A DNA stretch of 64,000 nucleotides, taken from Burkholderiales bacterium (lineage in GTDB: Bacteria > Pseudomonadota > Gammaproteobacteria > Burkholderiales > JACQAP01). Below the pieces are notes generated by a model. The model had not been told where the DNA came from, did not search any database, and saw only the letters and a program-made list of their open reading frames with translations. Location of the stretch: positions 66,965-130,964 of the forward strand of contig DASZTG010000021.1 in NCBI GenBank assembly GCA_035548375.1, written 5' to 3'. The position numbers and the translations under genes are program-made. Shown here piece after piece: positions 63,337 to 64,000 of the stretch (positions within the stretch are counted from its first letter, which is position 1; every line of letters begins with the position of its first letter).

Positions 63337-64000
63337 TTAGCGGTTCGACGCGTTCGCGTCGCGGGCGAGGCGGATGCCGGCCACCTGCCAGCGCGCCGTG
63401 GCGGGAAAGAAATTGCGATAGGTCTTGCGGCTGTGCCCGGCCGGCGTCAGACAGGAACTGCCGCGCAGCACGTACTGGTTGACCATGAACTTGCCGTTGT
63501 ATTCGCCGACGACGCCTTCGGGCCAAGTATATCCGGGGTAAGCGGCGTAGCTGCTGTGCGTCCACTGCCACGCCTCGCCGAACATCTGCCGCAGGCCGGC
63601 TCCGGATGCGGCGCGCGGATGCAGCCGGTCATCCTGCACGGCGTCATCGGAAATGTCGGCCAGGCGCGCCGCGTGCTCCCATTCCGCCTCGCTCGGCAGG
63701 CGGGCACCCGCCCAGCGCGCGAACGCATCGGCCTCGTAGTAGGAGATATGAGCGGCCGGCGCGGCCGGATCGAGGCGGCGCATCCCGCCCAGCGTGAATT
63801 CCTTCCAGGCATCGTCGACGCGCTCCCAGTAGATCGGGTGCGCGAGATGGTTGGCGCGGATCCAGTCCCAGCCCTCGGATAGCCACAGGCGCGGATCGTG
63901 ATAGCCGCCGTCGGCGATGAAGTCGAGGAATTCGGCGTTGGTCGTGAGTCGCGAGGCCAGCGAATACGGATTCGCGTACTGGCGATGGCGCGGCGATTCG
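63337..64000 (-). CDS. egtB: Ergothioneine biosynthesis sulfoxide synthase EgtB, C-terminal part (5' end outside window)
   Basis: The frame is open to the window edge. ..TNAEFLDFIADGGYHDPRLWLSEGWDWI..YYEADAFARWAGARLPSEAEWEHAA..GEAWQWTHSSYAAYPGY..RGSSCLTPAGHSRKTYRNFFPATARWQVAGIRLARD is the FGE-sulfatase-like C-terminal domain typical of EgtB. Confidence 0.8.
   Translation of the reverse strand, partial: ESPRHRQYANPYSLASRLTTNAEFLDFIADGGYHDPRLWLSEGWDWIRANHLAHPIYWERVDDAWKEFTLGGMRRLDPAAPAAHISYYEADAFARWAGARLPSEAEWEHAARLADISDDAVQDDRLHPRAASGAGLRQMFGEAWQWTHSSYAAYPGYTWPEGVVGEYNGKFMVNQYVLRGSSCLTPAGHSRKTYRNFFPATARWQVAGIRLARDANASNR

Noticed and set aside
1-64000. Genomic island, prophage or integrative element boundaries.
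   Set aside because: I found no integrase, transposase, phage structural gene, tRNA attachment site or long direct repeats. Apart from short AT-rich promoter spacers and element cores, the composition looks uniform.

Overview
This is a high-GC chromosomal segment from a Gram-negative, proteobacteria-like bacterium. It is densely packed with about 55 protein-coding genes. I found no rRNA, tRNA, CRISPR array, transposase, integrase or obvious prophage.

Gene content in order:
- a partial PhyH-type dioxygenase;
- a glutathione-dependent formaldehyde detoxification pair (frmA, fghA);
- an outer-membrane beta-barrel gene coupled to a 1043-aa lipoprotein with four CxxCH motifs and PKD/Ig-like repeats;
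- a FecR-like gene, MgtC, a hybrid histidine kinase with two response regulators;
- an IclR-headed co-directional metabolic cluster (SMP-30 lactonase, PhyH, permease, hydantoinase-like protein, HExxH protein, Zn-ADH, MetX-like protein, NIPSNAP, GNAT);
- cell-wall genes (MltC-like, D-Ala-D-Ala carboxypeptidase);
- a bacterial type IB topoisomerase, pirin, and DUF2059/DUF3617 proteins;
- an MFS transporter and a dienelactone hydrolase-NTF2 fusion;
- a peptide/nickel-type ABC transporter locus with two tandem paralogous binding proteins, an antisense Omp85-family gene, and an ATPase fused in frame to an SDR domain;
- a 1397-aa CHASE3/PAS/GAF/GGDEF/EAL signalling protein and transaldolase;
- a Baeyer-Villiger monooxygenase cluster (RidA, SDR, BVMO, flavoprotein, MBL lactonase, esterase);
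- acyl-CoA ligase, crotonase, an EamA transporter and a partial egtB.

The most unusual signal is non-coding. Eight copies of a long hairpin-forming intergenic element sit just after stop codons. Each has arms built from tandem 8-10 nt units, and the left and right arms of each copy co-vary (CAAAG, CGGAG, CAGAG and GTGAGG types). The centres are unrelated between copies, and three copies carry an optional 28-nt module.

Other points worth a second look:
- the beta-barrel plus CxxCH lipoprotein pair;
- an Omp85 gene whose signal peptide lies upstream of any canonical start codon;
- a shared GCCGTG..CACGGC palindrome at two promoters of the ABC locus;
- the ABC-ATPase/SDR fusion, which lacks the catalytic Tyr.

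All family calls come from reading motifs in the translations. No database search was run.
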